From an uncultured Desulfospira sp. (GTDB lineage: Bacteria > Desulfobacterota > Desulfobacteria > Desulfobacterales > Desulfobacteraceae): a stretch of DNA of 64,000 nt. Within the stretch, counting starts at the first letter, position 1. The number at the start of each line of letters is the position of its first letter. Shown here in pieces: positions 9,784 to 19,512 of this stretch. The stretch lies in the NCBI GenBank assembly GCA_963663165.1, contig OY760175.1, positions 5,568,001 to 5,632,000 of the forward strand, in the 5' to 3' direction. Both the position numbers and the translations under genes were made by a program. The notes under the pieces are model-generated. The model was given only the letters and a program-made list of their open reading frames with translations, did no database searches and was not told where the DNA came from.

Positions 9784-9912
9784 CTTAACGGGGAGCTGAG
9801 GGGCCAGGCTTTTAAAACCCTAAAAGCTCCGATAAAAGTTAAAATTTTATGAACCAGGGACGTCCGAAAGGCCGCGCAGTAAGCCTGGTCCCTCTCCAGC
9901 GTTTTGTTCTGC
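9784..9912 (-). repeat. attC site (mini-intron inserted in R')
   Basis: CTTAAC...GTTCTGC. Confidence 0.9.
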
Positions 9913-9916
9913 AATA

Positions 9917-10147
9917 TCATTTACATTTCTTGTAAACAAACTCTGGATCTAAGTCAGCTCCTGACTCCCATTCAATGGTATCAAAAACTACCCGAACACG
10001 ATTGAATGCACTTTGATTTTTAAGGCTTTGAAAAATTCCAAAATCCAAAAGTGGCTTCATATCCAGAATTCCATGCTCTCCGTTATCAAAAATGATTGAA
10101 AGTATATAATTTTCTTTCGGAGTTACTTCTTTGACGGCCGGATACAT
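9917..10147 (-). CDS. DUF2442-like protein (putative TA partner)
   Basis: FDNGE..IEWESGADLDPE; paired with the DUF4160-like gene. Confidence 0.8.
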   Translation of the reverse strand: MYPAVKEVTPKENYILSIIFDNGEHGILDMKPLLDFGIFQSLKNQSAFNRVRVVFDTIEWESGADLDPEFVYKKCK

Positions 10148-10157
10148 ATTTTGCCTC

Positions 10158-10424
10158 CTATTGAAGAGGTTGGATGTTAAACGGCTTTTCACCATTCATA
10201 AGTAGTGTCCAATTAGCCATTAGTTCTTCTTGATGAAGTTCTGCCCACGCAATGACAAGCCTTGATTGCTTTTTGGGCAATTGACCTTGGGTTATTTCGC
10301 AAGTTTGAATATCGACTGTAGCCCTATGTTCCCCATAGTATACATGAAAATGCGGGGGTGGATGTTCACTTGGGGCATAATACATTCGTATGATGATGCC
10401 GTAGAACATTGAAATTGTGGGCAT
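10158..10424 (-). CDS. DUF4160-like protein
   Basis: MPTISMFYGIIIRMY..EHPPPHFH..WAELHQEEL. Confidence 0.85.
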   Translation of the reverse strand: MPTISMFYGIIIRMYYAPSEHPPPHFHVYYGEHRATVDIQTCEITQGQLPKKQSRLVIAWAELHQEELMANWTLLMNGEKPFNIQPLQ

Positions 10425-10542
10425 AAATTCTCCTCGGTAATCAGGGGTATTTCATGTTTTTGGCGCTTTCATTTTTTCAGCATAGCCATAATATATGTAT
10501 ATCATCATTGTACCCGTTTACCAATTCGGTTTTGTTTTGAAA

Positions 10543-10672
10543 GCAGAACGGGGAGCTGAGGGGCCAGGCTTTTAAACTACAAAAGCTCCCATAAAAGTTT
10601 AAATTTTCCTGAACCAGGGACACCCAAAAGGCCGCTCTGTAAGCCTGGTCCCTCTCCAGCGTTTTGTTGTGC
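10543..10672 (-). repeat. attC site
   Basis: GCAGAAC...GTTGTGC. Confidence 0.9.
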
Positions 10673-10824
10673 AATATTTTTTGCTACTATTTTGGAAATA
10701 ATGCTTAGGGCCTCAGAAAAATTAATATCCACAATTCCATAGTCTGAATTCTGATTTCTATAGACAACATGGAATCGATAGTTTATGGTCAACATGGAAG
10801 ATTACATAAAAATACAGGAGGACC

Positions 10825-11430
10825 ATGTTTGATCATTCTAAGCACAATTTACCCAAAACTATATCGGAATTAACGCCACCACTAAAGGATTTTCTGAATA
10901 CCACTCGAAGCAAATTAAAAGGCCATGAACGGCGCCAATTCATGGCACGCGTTGTCTCCCTTATGGGGCACGGCGGACAACTAAAGGCTGAAAGAGAACT
11001 GGGTTGGGATCGGAAAACAATAATCAAAGGGCGACGGGAAATAGAAAGCGGAGTTACCTGTGTTGATAATTTTTCCGGACGAGGCCGGAAATCGTGTTTA
11101 GAACATTTTCCGAATTTAAAAGAGGACATAACTCGTATTGTAAACCCTATATGTCAGACTGATCCTACATTCCGTACCCAGAATTTATATTCCCCAATAT
11201 CTGCGAATGAAGTATTCCGTCGATTAGTTGACGACATGGGATATGACCCTGAGAATATGCCAACAGTACGGACTCTATCCACCATAATGAATAAATTGGG
11301 TTTTAAACTGAAGAAGGTCGCCAAAGCCAAGGTAAAAAAAAATTCCTGAAACAGACATCATTTTTGAATATGTGCATAGGACAAACCAACTAGCCGATGA
11401 AACAGATGGCGTTTTACGTATCTCAATGGA
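10825..11430 (+). pseudogene. ISAzo13 transposase 5' part
   Basis: Same as the 31334.. copy up to the insertion point. Confidence 0.85.
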
Positions 11431-11699
11431 TGTTATCGCCGGTGATCAAGGTCACCACCTTTGCCGGCAACGAACCGTCCCCACCTGTGATATATTGACT
11501 TGTCAGGGCTTTTCGCAGGTGTAATATTTGAGGGAAGATACCATTCTCATTTGTATCGATAATTTGCAACACAATCAGCTAAAACAAGATATATTAATGG
11601 AATAGCGCCATAGCAATCAATTTGGTTGCAGTAAAGCACCTGCGGTTGGAAGAACACGCTCACCAACAGGCGTCAATCCCGATTTTGGAAGTAAAAAAG

Positions 11700-11733
11700 C
11701 CGGGTTTTATACGAGGACGTATAAAACCCGGCA
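11700..11733 (-). terminator. Probable terminator hairpin after istB
   Basis: GCCGGGTTTTATACG..CGTATAAAACCCGGC followed by a T-run on the minus strand. Confidence 0.6.
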
Positions 11734-11748
11734 GATGTGAAGAGATGG

Positions 11749-12537
11749 TTATTGGGGTATGGACTGGGGATTAGTAGTGTTCGTTGTGTTGGGACCTTCC
11801 GTTCGATAACTGAGTCCGTCCCGGATATTAATGATGTGAACATTGTGCATCAATCGATCGATAATGGCATGAGTTACAACCGGATCTCCCAGAGTCGTCC
11901 CCCAATCCTCAAGACTGATTGAAGATGTGGCAATAAAGGCGGTATCGTCCTGGCAGACGCTGATCAAATCCAGCAGCAGGCTGGGATATTCCGGCTTTGT
12001 GCGGATACCGCCCACATTATCTATGATCAGAAGATCAAAACGGCTTAAGCCGGCGACCACCTCATCGGTGGATTCGTCAGCCAATGACGTATACAGCATG
12101 GCCAGAAGTTTTTGCAGGGAAAAAAATCGAACCTTATAACCCGCACGGCAGGCCTGGTCGCCAAGGGCTGAGGCAATATGAGTTTTGCCCGTGCCGGTTT
12201 TCCCAAAAATAAGCAGCGGCTGCTTTCGATCCACAAAGGATAGCTCCATCAGATCTTTGAGGTGCTCTACATTCAGGCTTGGCTGGAAGTTAAAATCAAA
12301 GTTATCAAAGGTCATGTTTCTGGGGAAATCCGCTGTTTTTAGCCGCTTTTCAAGGGATCGGTGCTTTCTTGCCTTCATCTGTACGTCCACGATGTCGGCC
12401 AGGAACGCCAAATGACCGGATTGATTTTTCTGCGCCTTGGCAAGGGCCTGCTCCAGATATTGGGCCATATCCTTGAGATAAAGCTTGCGCAGTTTCTTTT
12501 TAACCTGGTCGCTTAAGTTTTCATTCATCCTTGCCAT
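11749..12537 (-). CDS. istB: IS21 helper ATPase IstB
   Basis: FDFNFQP, GKTGTGKT Walker A, LLIID, AIIDRLMH. Confidence 0.92.
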   Translation of the reverse strand: MARMNENLSDQVKKKLRKLYLKDMAQYLEQALAKAQKNQSGHLAFLADIVDVQMKARKHRSLEKRLKTADFPRNMTFDNFDFNFQPSLNVEHLKDLMELSFVDRKQPLLIFGKTGTGKTHIASALGDQACRAGYKVRFFSLQKLLAMLYTSLADESTDEVVAGLSRFDLLIIDNVGGIRTKPEYPSLLLDLISVCQDDTAFIATSSISLEDWGTTLGDPVVTHAIIDRLMHNVHIINIRDGLSYRTEGPNTTNTTNPQSIPQ

Positions 12538-14023
12538 CCATTGTTTTTCTGTTAATCAGGTGGTCATACCTTTGTGGGTTATCCTGCTCCACTGAACAGG
12601 ATTTCAAATAGCTCCGGGTGTTGTTGGGCAGACCTTTTCCGGCTTTTGTTTTGTTTGAAGCTTTAATGTTTTTCCCCTGGATGATACGCAGGACGGCATC
12701 AGCACTAAATGAGTCAAACCGCGTGGCATGAGCTAATGCCCCTGAGACCACATCCGCACCATAGCGGTCGGCATATTTGAGGATACGGCCCATATGGTAC
12801 CCGGCAGCGCTTTTCCGGGTTTCTTTCAATCCGTTATAATAGACCTGCGCCACCTCACCCAATCTCAAAAAGGCATCTTTGAGCAATTGACTCTGGCCTG
12901 TCATCTTCCTGTACAGGGCTTCATGTTCAGGCAACACCTGCCTGTCTTCTTGAGTGTAAACATGCCGGCAATCCATCGTTTCATCACACCATATTTCAAT
13001 GTGATCACGGAACAAACGGACCTGGACATAACGGCCTATCAGTTCAGGATTGGCAGAGTATCGTTTTTTGTCGATGGTGACACAAAAATCAACGTTAACA
13101 AGTCGACGTACTTCCTTAAAAAATTGATCCGTTTTATTCCATGGCACAGGCTTTAACAGACTTTTTTCCCTTGCCAGGCGATCCACAGGCCTTTCCCGGG
13201 TGGTACCGTGGATACGGACATTGGCTGTGTTCGCCCGCCAGGCATCGGCCTTGTTATTGAGATCCTCAAGATCAATAAATTCTTTGCCTCTAAGGAAATT
13301 GTCTTCAATATACCGGAACGGCCGCTCTACCTTGCCGTGTCGTTCCTTTTTGCCGGGTAGAAGGATGACGATCTCAAAGTCATACTCCTGGGCAAACCGT
13401 TTAAATACCGGATTGATCCAAACGGTTCCGGGGCCCGTGTGCCTGCCCACCGTGGTCATATTGTCATAGGTGATTTTGTGGGGAACCGCCCCGATCTCGT
13501 CAAACGCCTCTTCATGCAACCGGATCACTGATTCTATAGTTTCATCAAAAAAGTGACGTATAAATATCCAACGACTGAAGCACAATACAAAAGATCCGGT
13601 ATGCACCACCACGCGTTGTCCACCCATGTACACACTATGAGGACTCCAGTCCATCTGCCCCTCATCTCCAGGGGCATGATCAATTGGAGGCCTGGGCACC
13701 TTCAAGCCTTTGGGCCGGATTATTCTGATATACTCCTTGAGGATGGAGTATCCGCCCGTGTACCCCAACAACGTGATCTCTTCCAACACCCGAACCCCGC
13801 TGAGATGTTTTTCTTTTACAAGGTAACCGATTTTGGCCTTGTAAGGATCAAGTTTGCTTTTGCGGGGACTGGTTTGAGGCGCATTAATAACATTGTTGCA
13901 GCCCAATGCCCTGCGCACTGCCTTGCGGCTGTGCCCGGTCTGTTTTGCTGTCTGACGGATGGATGCTGTGCGCCCAAAGACTTTACGAATACGTTCCTGT
14001 TCCTTTTCACTCAACCGGCTCAT
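12521..14023 (-). CDS. istA: IS21 transposase IstA
   Basis: N-terminal HTH, SKLDPYK, QMDW, YDN, GKVER, HGTT motifs. Confidence 0.92.
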   Translation of the reverse strand: MSRLSEKEQERIRKVFGRTASIRQTAKQTGHSRKAVRRALGCNNVINAPQTSPRKSKLDPYKAKIGYLVKEKHLSGVRVLEEITLLGYTGGYSILKEYIRIIRPKGLKVPRPPIDHAPGDEGQMDWSPHSVYMGGQRVVVHTGSFVLCFSRWIFIRHFFDETIESVIRLHEEAFDEIGAVPHKITYDNMTTVGRHTGPGTVWINPVFKRFAQEYDFEIVILLPGKKERHGKVERPFRYIEDNFLRGKEFIDLEDLNNKADAWRANTANVRIHGTTRERPVDRLAREKSLLKPVPWNKTDQFFKEVRRLVNVDFCVTIDKKRYSANPELIGRYVQVRLFRDHIEIWCDETMDCRHVYTQEDRQVLPEHEALYRKMTGQSQLLKDAFLRLGEVAQVYYNGLKETRKSAAGYHMGRILKYADRYGADVVSGALAHATRFDSFSADAVLRIIQGKNIKASNKTKAGKGLPNNTRSYLKSCSVEQDNPQRYDHLINRKTMDGKDE

Positions 14024-14843
14024 GGTGCCCTCCTATCAACTCATTGAGCCGTTTCATCCGGGCACCGGCCCGCCCTATAAAGTCTTTAAGGGCGCAGACC
14101 TTGGAACCATTGATCGTGCCGCTGCCAATGCAGTTGTTCAGCTTGGACATTTTTGAAAGAATGGCATCAATAATCAAATAATAATTTTCCTTGTCCCGGC
14201 TTACGGACTCCAGCGCTTGCCTGGGAGATTCAAGCAGGTGGCGCCTGGCTCCGGGATCACTGGTCTTGCACCACAGGTCCACCAGACGGTTCACCTCCCG
14301 GGTTTTAAGGTTGTGTTTTTGAATACAAAGAGAAAAATCGGCCTGGGTTGCAGGCTGCAACCGCGCCAGTGACGGACCGACCCCGGCAGGGAGCAGCCCA
14401 AGTTTGATATCGTGGACAATTTCCGGGGTCAGGCTGCGGATCATGGAAAGCCGTCGGCAAACCCAGCTTTTATGCCGCTCAAGGAGTATCGCCGCTTCAA
14501 CCTGATTGAGCCCTTCTATTTCTACAAGTTCCCAGACCACCAGGGCCTCCATGATCGTGGAAAACCCATCCGGGCGGTTCAGAAGGTAGAGCAATGCCTT
14601 GGCTTCTGCAGCACTTTTTTTCAACACAGCCACTTTAAGCGTCTTCATGCCAAGAAGGCCTGCACAGCGATGCCGCTTGAAACCGTCTATTAAAATATGG
14701 CAACCTCCTTGCTCAACCGCAACAACAGCCGTTAATTGGCCATGCTTGACTAATGAAGCCGCCATCTTTTCCTGGGCACCGGCGTGGACCGGCCGCAGGA
14801 ATCCCAGACGTAAATCCAATTGGTCCGGACGCAGGTTAATCAT
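14007..14843 (-). CDS. ParB/Srx N-terminal domain + HTH protein
   Basis: SL..HGQL..V, LIDGFKR motif, HTH (LNQVEAAILLERHKSWVCRRL). Confidence 0.8.
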   Translation of the reverse strand: MINLRPDQLDLRLGFLRPVHAGAQEKMAASLVKHGQLTAVVAVEQGGCHILIDGFKRHRCAGLLGMKTLKVAVLKKSAAEAKALLYLLNRPDGFSTIMEALVVWELVEIEGLNQVEAAILLERHKSWVCRRLSMIRSLTPEIVHDIKLGLLPAGVGPSLARLQPATQADFSLCIQKHNLKTREVNRLVDLWCKTSDPGARRHLLESPRQALESVSRDKENYYLIIDAILSKMSKLNNCIGSGTINGSKVCALKDFIGRAGARMKRLNELIGGHHEPVE

Positions 14844-15258
14844 TTGGACCTCCGGCTATATTGAGGCTTTTTTGAAAAATCTCCCCGATTGAGATAAGGC
14901 CACTGCCGCCGGTGGGTTGCTTAGGCGCCTTGGACGTCGGTGCTGCAACATTTTTTTTGGGAAGGGAAAGCACTTGAAACAGTCGGCCGTCAAAGGCTAT
15001 GAGATCTTTATCAATGAGCCCGTTCCTGGCCTGGATATATTCGTCCAGGCGGATGGCCGTCAATGAACAGATTTTATCATAGCCGTAATAAGACATTCCC
15101 TGACGATCTGCCACCATCACCAGAAAAAGGTACAGCACAAGCTCCTGGTGGTTCAGGCTGCCCCAATACCCCTGGCGGATAAACCGGTGGCTTATCCATG
15201 CGAAACTGCCGTTAATTTTTCTAATTCGATGGTCCTTCAACGGTTCCTTGGTAATCAT
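14836..15258 (-). CDS. Putative winged-helix/HTH protein, homolog of RIT accessory gene 2
   Basis: I.G.F..I.HRF, EL.LY.FLV...DR.G.S.Y.YDKIC, YI.AR.GL...DLIAFDG...QVLSLP shared. Confidence 0.8.
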   Translation of the reverse strand: MITKEPLKDHRIRKINGSFAWISHRFIRQGYWGSLNHQELVLYLFLVMVADRQGMSYYGYDKICSLTAIRLDEYIQARNGLIDKDLIAFDGRLFQVLSLPKKNVAAPTSKAPKQPTGGSGLISIGEIFQKSLNIAGGPND

Positions 15259-15691
15259 TTTTACCCTCCTTGGAAATATAATGATGAAAATTGTCGCCTG
15301 AATACCGTCTGCCATATCCCCGCCGGGGGAATTGATCTACAATCAGACCTTTTCTTCCGCAAAAACAGCAGCATGGATGGGAAGACGGAGGCGTTACCCG
15401 AAGACTATCATTGGATTTGGAGGGTGTTGAAGTGTCATCATCCACGGTTTTTTGAGAATTTCTTAATCTCCGCTCTTTTTCCTGCCGACGATGGGCTAAC
15501 TTACCTTTTTCAGTTTGTCGATATTTCTTCTGGGCGTTACGGTGAGCTTCTCTTTGAGCAGTTTCCCGACAGGATTCACAGCAATAAATCTGTCCACGCC
15601 AGCAACTGTGGCAGATATAAAAAATGCTGCCGCATCGTTTACACTGGATTTCTTTTAATAAAACGATCTCCACATTTTCCGTTCTTGCCAT
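15221..15691 (-). CDS. Cys-rich putative Zn-binding protein, homolog of RIT accessory gene 1
   Basis: CWRGQ.YCC..C, YRQTEKGK, C.FCG, QFPRRGYG shared. Confidence 0.8.
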   Translation of the reverse strand: MARTENVEIVLLKEIQCKRCGSIFYICHSCWRGQIYCCESCRETAQREAHRNAQKKYRQTEKGKLAHRRQEKERRLRNSQKTVDDDTSTPSKSNDSLRVTPPSSHPCCCFCGRKGLIVDQFPRRGYGRRYSGDNFHHYISKEGKNDYQGTVEGPSN

Positions 15692-15759
15692 AAAACGGAA
15701 GCCGTGATTATATGAAGATGTTGGGTAGCTTCCGTATTTTATATGGATGTCTGCTTTTT

Positions 15760-15790
15760 GAAGGCTCGAAGCGGCCTACTTCGAGCCTTC
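15760..15790 (-). promoter_or_regulatory. Conserved stem-loop upstream of the accessory gene pair
   Basis: GAAGGCTCGAAG-TAGGCCG-CTTCGAGCCTTC on the minus strand. Confidence 0.6.
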
Positions 15791-15970
15791 CTTATTTTTC
15801 AAATCCATCCAAGAAACAAAACCAAATTCAAAGAAAAAAAGGAAGAAAATATATTTTTAAAATATGGGATGAAGAAGAGACAAAGTAAAAAGGATGGAGG
15901 CTTTGTTACCGGCTAAAGGGGTGGCCTGCTTCATCGCCATAGGTGGGGACGGTTACGACCGGCGGTAACA

Positions 15971-16605
15971 CAATGGACGCAAAAGCCACTATTAAAATAG
16001 GGCCTTATTCCCGAGGCGGATATAGTCGTTGCAATCTTAAAGCGGCGGACCATGATTTTAAACCCGATTCCCTTTTGAAACTTTTCGGTATCAACATACC
16101 TGCTCTGGATGAAAATTATATGTACTTCACTGAAAGCAACATCACCTCTGATTTCATGATTGATGCGCTGGAATCACTCTGGCCTTCTTTGAACGCAAGA
16201 TTCGCCCCACATACACTGGTGATCAATCTTGATAATGGGCCGGAAAATAGTAGCCGAAGGAGCCAATTCATTAGTCGCCTCGTGGACTTTGCCAAATCAG
16301 CATTTGTAAATATTAGTTTGGTGTACTATCCCCCGTACCACAGTAAATACAACCCAATAGAGCGAGTTTGGGGTGTTTTGGAAAATCATTGGAAAGGCGA
16401 ATTGCTGAACAAAATTGAAAAGGTTCTCGGTCTATGTCGAACAATGACATGGAAAGGAGAAAATCCTGTCGTCAAATTAATCAAAGGTGTTTACCCGACA
16501 GGGGTACGTTTGGTCAAGTCCGCCGTGAATAATATAGAAAACAAAATTATTCGGATTCCAGGGATTGAAAAATGGGCTGTTGATATTCCATGCTATGAGG
16601 AATGA
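15971..16605 (+). pseudogene. ISAzo13 transposase 3' part
   Basis: DNGPENS, YYPPYHSKYNPIER motifs. Confidence 0.85.
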
Positions 16606-17439
16606 ATTGTGGGTTTTAATTTTACCACATCCCTTAAAATATAATTAGTTCTTACTAATATTCTTAATTTCCAAAATTTACGGCAAACTCTTTCAAGTCT
16701 TTTCCATCAACTACACCATCTAAATCCAAGTCTCCTTTTTTCCCAATAGCACCTACAACCAACTCATCTGTACCAGCTTTCCCATCATTATCTTTTACTG
16801 TTAAAAGTACATCATAGAACCCTGGAGCCAAATCACTTACAGTTGGAGATATGTCTGTAGCTATTCTGTCATAGGACGAATCAGCTCTGTGTTTCAATTC
16901 CCATTCGTAAGAAACAATCACTCCGTCTTCATCCTGTGACAAAGATGCATCAAGAAAGACTTCATCGAAAACAATCTGATCATCTCCTGCATTTGCTAAA
17001 GGAGGATTTGTATCTGCGGATTCAAATTCGATTTCATGAATAATCATACCATCGTAAGAAGTTGAATAATTGTAGTGAGTTCCACCAGTTATGATGATTG
17101 TAATTTTATCTGTTATTCCTTCATCAAGTTCCATTCTAATCCAGGGAGGTTGCGGCGTTGTAAACCCCCATGTTACCGTTTTGGAATTTAAAGAAAGAGA
17201 ATGAGTGGCTCTGTATCCTTCAAAACCCGGATAATATACTCCGCCAAAAGCCTCATAGACACCTGTATCAGAATCATAATAGTAATCATCGACCTCGAAG
17301 TAACCATTATAGTGCACATTGGTACTTATCAGGTTGCCGGCTAAATATTTTTCTATCTTAATTTCAATAGCAGTATAATTGTCATTGCCTAACCTGGATG
17401 ATAGAACATTAGCAGAAACAATATCCTGAGGTGAATTAA

Positions 17440-18978
17440 CCCTACAACGTGACTTATATTTAATATTATTGTTTTAGGTAACATAATCTGCTACACTCCG
17501 CAATATAACTTTTATATAGGAGGTAGAGTATGTTGCCTGAAATCCGAAAAGATGAGTACCTTTATCCTATCCCCAAATTTGATATCTGTGAAGGGGATGT
17601 AAAAAATTTTTTCAATGAACTTAAAGGGTTTCATGAAATTTTCCACGACTGTTTTCATCGTTCTGAGTCAAGGGAACATTTTTTCAGGTATATGGCTGGG
17701 CAATTTAGTGACCTGGAAAGAAAATCAATTGAACCCATTGCTCTGGCCGTTGAAGATGGCAATGTTAGGGCAATGCAGCGTTTTATTAGCGATGCTGAAT
17801 GGAATGACGCCAATATTATGGCCAAGTATCGTAATCTCATAAATGAAGATATGGGGACACCTGATGGCGTTCTTATTTTTGATGAAAGCGGTTTTGTTAA
17901 AAAAGGCAATGAATCCATCGGTGTTGCCAGACAATATTGCGGGAATGTCGGCAAGGTTGAAAACAGCCAAGTGGGTGTTTTTGCAGCCTATGCTTCCCCA
18001 AAGGGCTACGGATTGATTGATAAACGACTGTTTATACCTGAACTATGGTTTAAAGACGATCACAAACAGGGAAGAAAAAAGTGCAAACTGCCTGAGTCTG
18101 TTTCGTTTAAGACAAAACCGCAATTGGCTTCCGAAATGTTGAACGAACTCGCAGAAGAAGCCATCGTGCCGTTTAAGTATGTTACCGCGGATTCATTGTA
18201 TGGCAACAGTGATGATTTTATTGAAGCTGTTGAGCAACATCCGGATTTGACCTATTTTGTAGAAGTTCCTTGTAATACTCAATGCTGGTTTAACAGACCT
18301 ATTACCGTTGAAAAAACTTACAAATACAAAGGAGAGCAGCGTACAAAAATAGTTGTTGAAAAATCCTCCAAAAAGCCGGTCGATGTCAAAACTATCGCAA
18401 AAAATATAAATGATTTTTTCTGGTACCGCCGGAAAGTATCTGAAGGTACCAAAGGACCTATTGAATATGAATTTACCAAAAGACGAGTGGTACTTTCCAA
18501 AGGAAACACGCCTACAAAATCGGTGTGGCTGATCATGAGGCGAACCCTTGGGAAATCCCCGGATTATAAATTTTTCCTTAGCAATGCCGGGGTTAGTGCC
18601 AGATTAAAGCTTTTTGTATGGCTTAGTGGTATTCGTTGGGCAATTGAACAGTGTTTTGAGGAAACCAAGACTGAACTCGGCATGGATCATTATGAGGTCC
18701 GTAAATACCCAGGCTGGAATCATCATATAATAACGTGCATGCTTGCACATTTTTTCTTGTGGCACCTGAAAATCAGGATGGGAAAAAAAAGCTCCATCCA
18801 TTACAGTGTCGCAGCTTAGAATACTAATGGAGGTGGTTTTGCCATTGAGACCTTGTCGTTTTCATACCGTTATGCAATCGGTTTTGTATTACCAAAGGCG
18901 CAATCACGCTGCATATCTATCGCATCGAAAAAGGAGGCTTCTTGATAGAAAGAATACGCACTAAGTTACGTTGTAGGG
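17440..18978 (+). mobile_element. IS701-family element copy 2, 1539 bp
   Basis: IRs CCCTACAACGT / ACGTTGTAGGG; TTAA duplication. Confidence 0.92.
17530..18819 (+). CDS. IS701-family transposase (probably extended by a frameshift to 18964)
   Basis: FDESGFVKKG..GVARQYCG..GKVENSQ, ADSLYG, RWAIEQCF motifs. Confidence 0.92.
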   Translation: MLPEIRKDEYLYPIPKFDICEGDVKNFFNELKGFHEIFHDCFHRSESREHFFRYMAGQFSDLERKSIEPIALAVEDGNVRAMQRFISDAEWNDANIMAKYRNLINEDMGTPDGVLIFDESGFVKKGNESIGVARQYCGNVGKVENSQVGVFAAYASPKGYGLIDKRLFIPELWFKDDHKQGRKKCKLPESVSFKTKPQLASEMLNELAEEAIVPFKYVTADSLYGNSDDFIEAVEQHPDLTYFVEVPCNTQCWFNRPITVEKTYKYKGEQRTKIVVEKSSKKPVDVKTIAKNINDFFWYRRKVSEGTKGPIEYEFTKRRVVLSKGNTPTKSVWLIMRRTLGKSPDYKFFLSNAGVSARLKLFVWLSGIRWAIEQCFEETKTELGMDHYEVRKYPGWNHHIITCMLAHFFLWHLKIRMGKKSSIHYSVAA

Positions 18979-19385
18979 TTAAATTCAATAACGATGCTTT
19001 GTTCTTTTGAATCAGTCGCAATCCCATTATAATTTATTTCTCCACCTCCGGAACTGAACTCATAACCATCTTTCATGAGGCCATCGACAGTATCCAAATG
19101 AACAGTATTGTTCAATTCATCTGAGTAGGAGTATCCATGATTATAATCAGTTTCTGCCCAGTTAAAATCACCATTTAACTCAGTTAGAGCCCACAAATCC
19201 GTGGAAACTATCTCTGCTCTAACTGTTAGGCTGGATACAAGCAAAAATAACAATCCGATAAAAGCGTTCTTACAAAATCTAAACATAGCTCCTGTTCTCC
19301 TTTCCCTTTAAACTATAACATAAGCAGAATTTTGTAATTTGCCTGGTGGTCTGCTTTATTAGAGATTATTCATCCCCGTTTTAAA

Positions 19386-19512
19386 GCACAACGACAAGCT
19401 CAGCCGACCGGGGCAAATTGCCGAGCGCGTTGTAAAAGCCAAATCCTTTCAAAAATCAAGGTCTTTCAAAAGTCGCTAGGCCCCCCGGGTCGGCTGGAGC
19501 GGCTTGTTAGGT
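19386..19512 (-). repeat. attC site
   Basis: GCACAAC...GTTAGGT. Confidence 0.9.

Larger units (their letters stand above)
11431..15970 (-). mobile_element. IS21-family element with three accessory genes, 4540 bp
   Basis: TGTTA..TAACA ends with repeated subterminal motifs; 7-bp target duplication CAATGGA, confirmed by the uninterrupted ISAzo13 copy. Confidence 0.93.
10708..16633 (+). mobile_element. ISAzo13-family IS copy 1, interrupted by an IS21-like element
   Basis: IRs GGG..AAAATTAA.A.CCACAATTC; TTA duplication; matches intact copy at 31217-32595. Confidence 0.88.
16664..19286 (-). pseudogene. Secreted protein (signal peptide, PKD-like domain, dockerin-like tail) split by IS701 copy 2
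   Basis: Removing 17440-18978 and one TTAA joins 19286-18979 in frame with 17435-16664 (about 359 aa); NPPLANAGDDQ..LDASLSQDEDG..VSYEW; GDLDLDGVVDGKDL. Confidence 0.8.
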
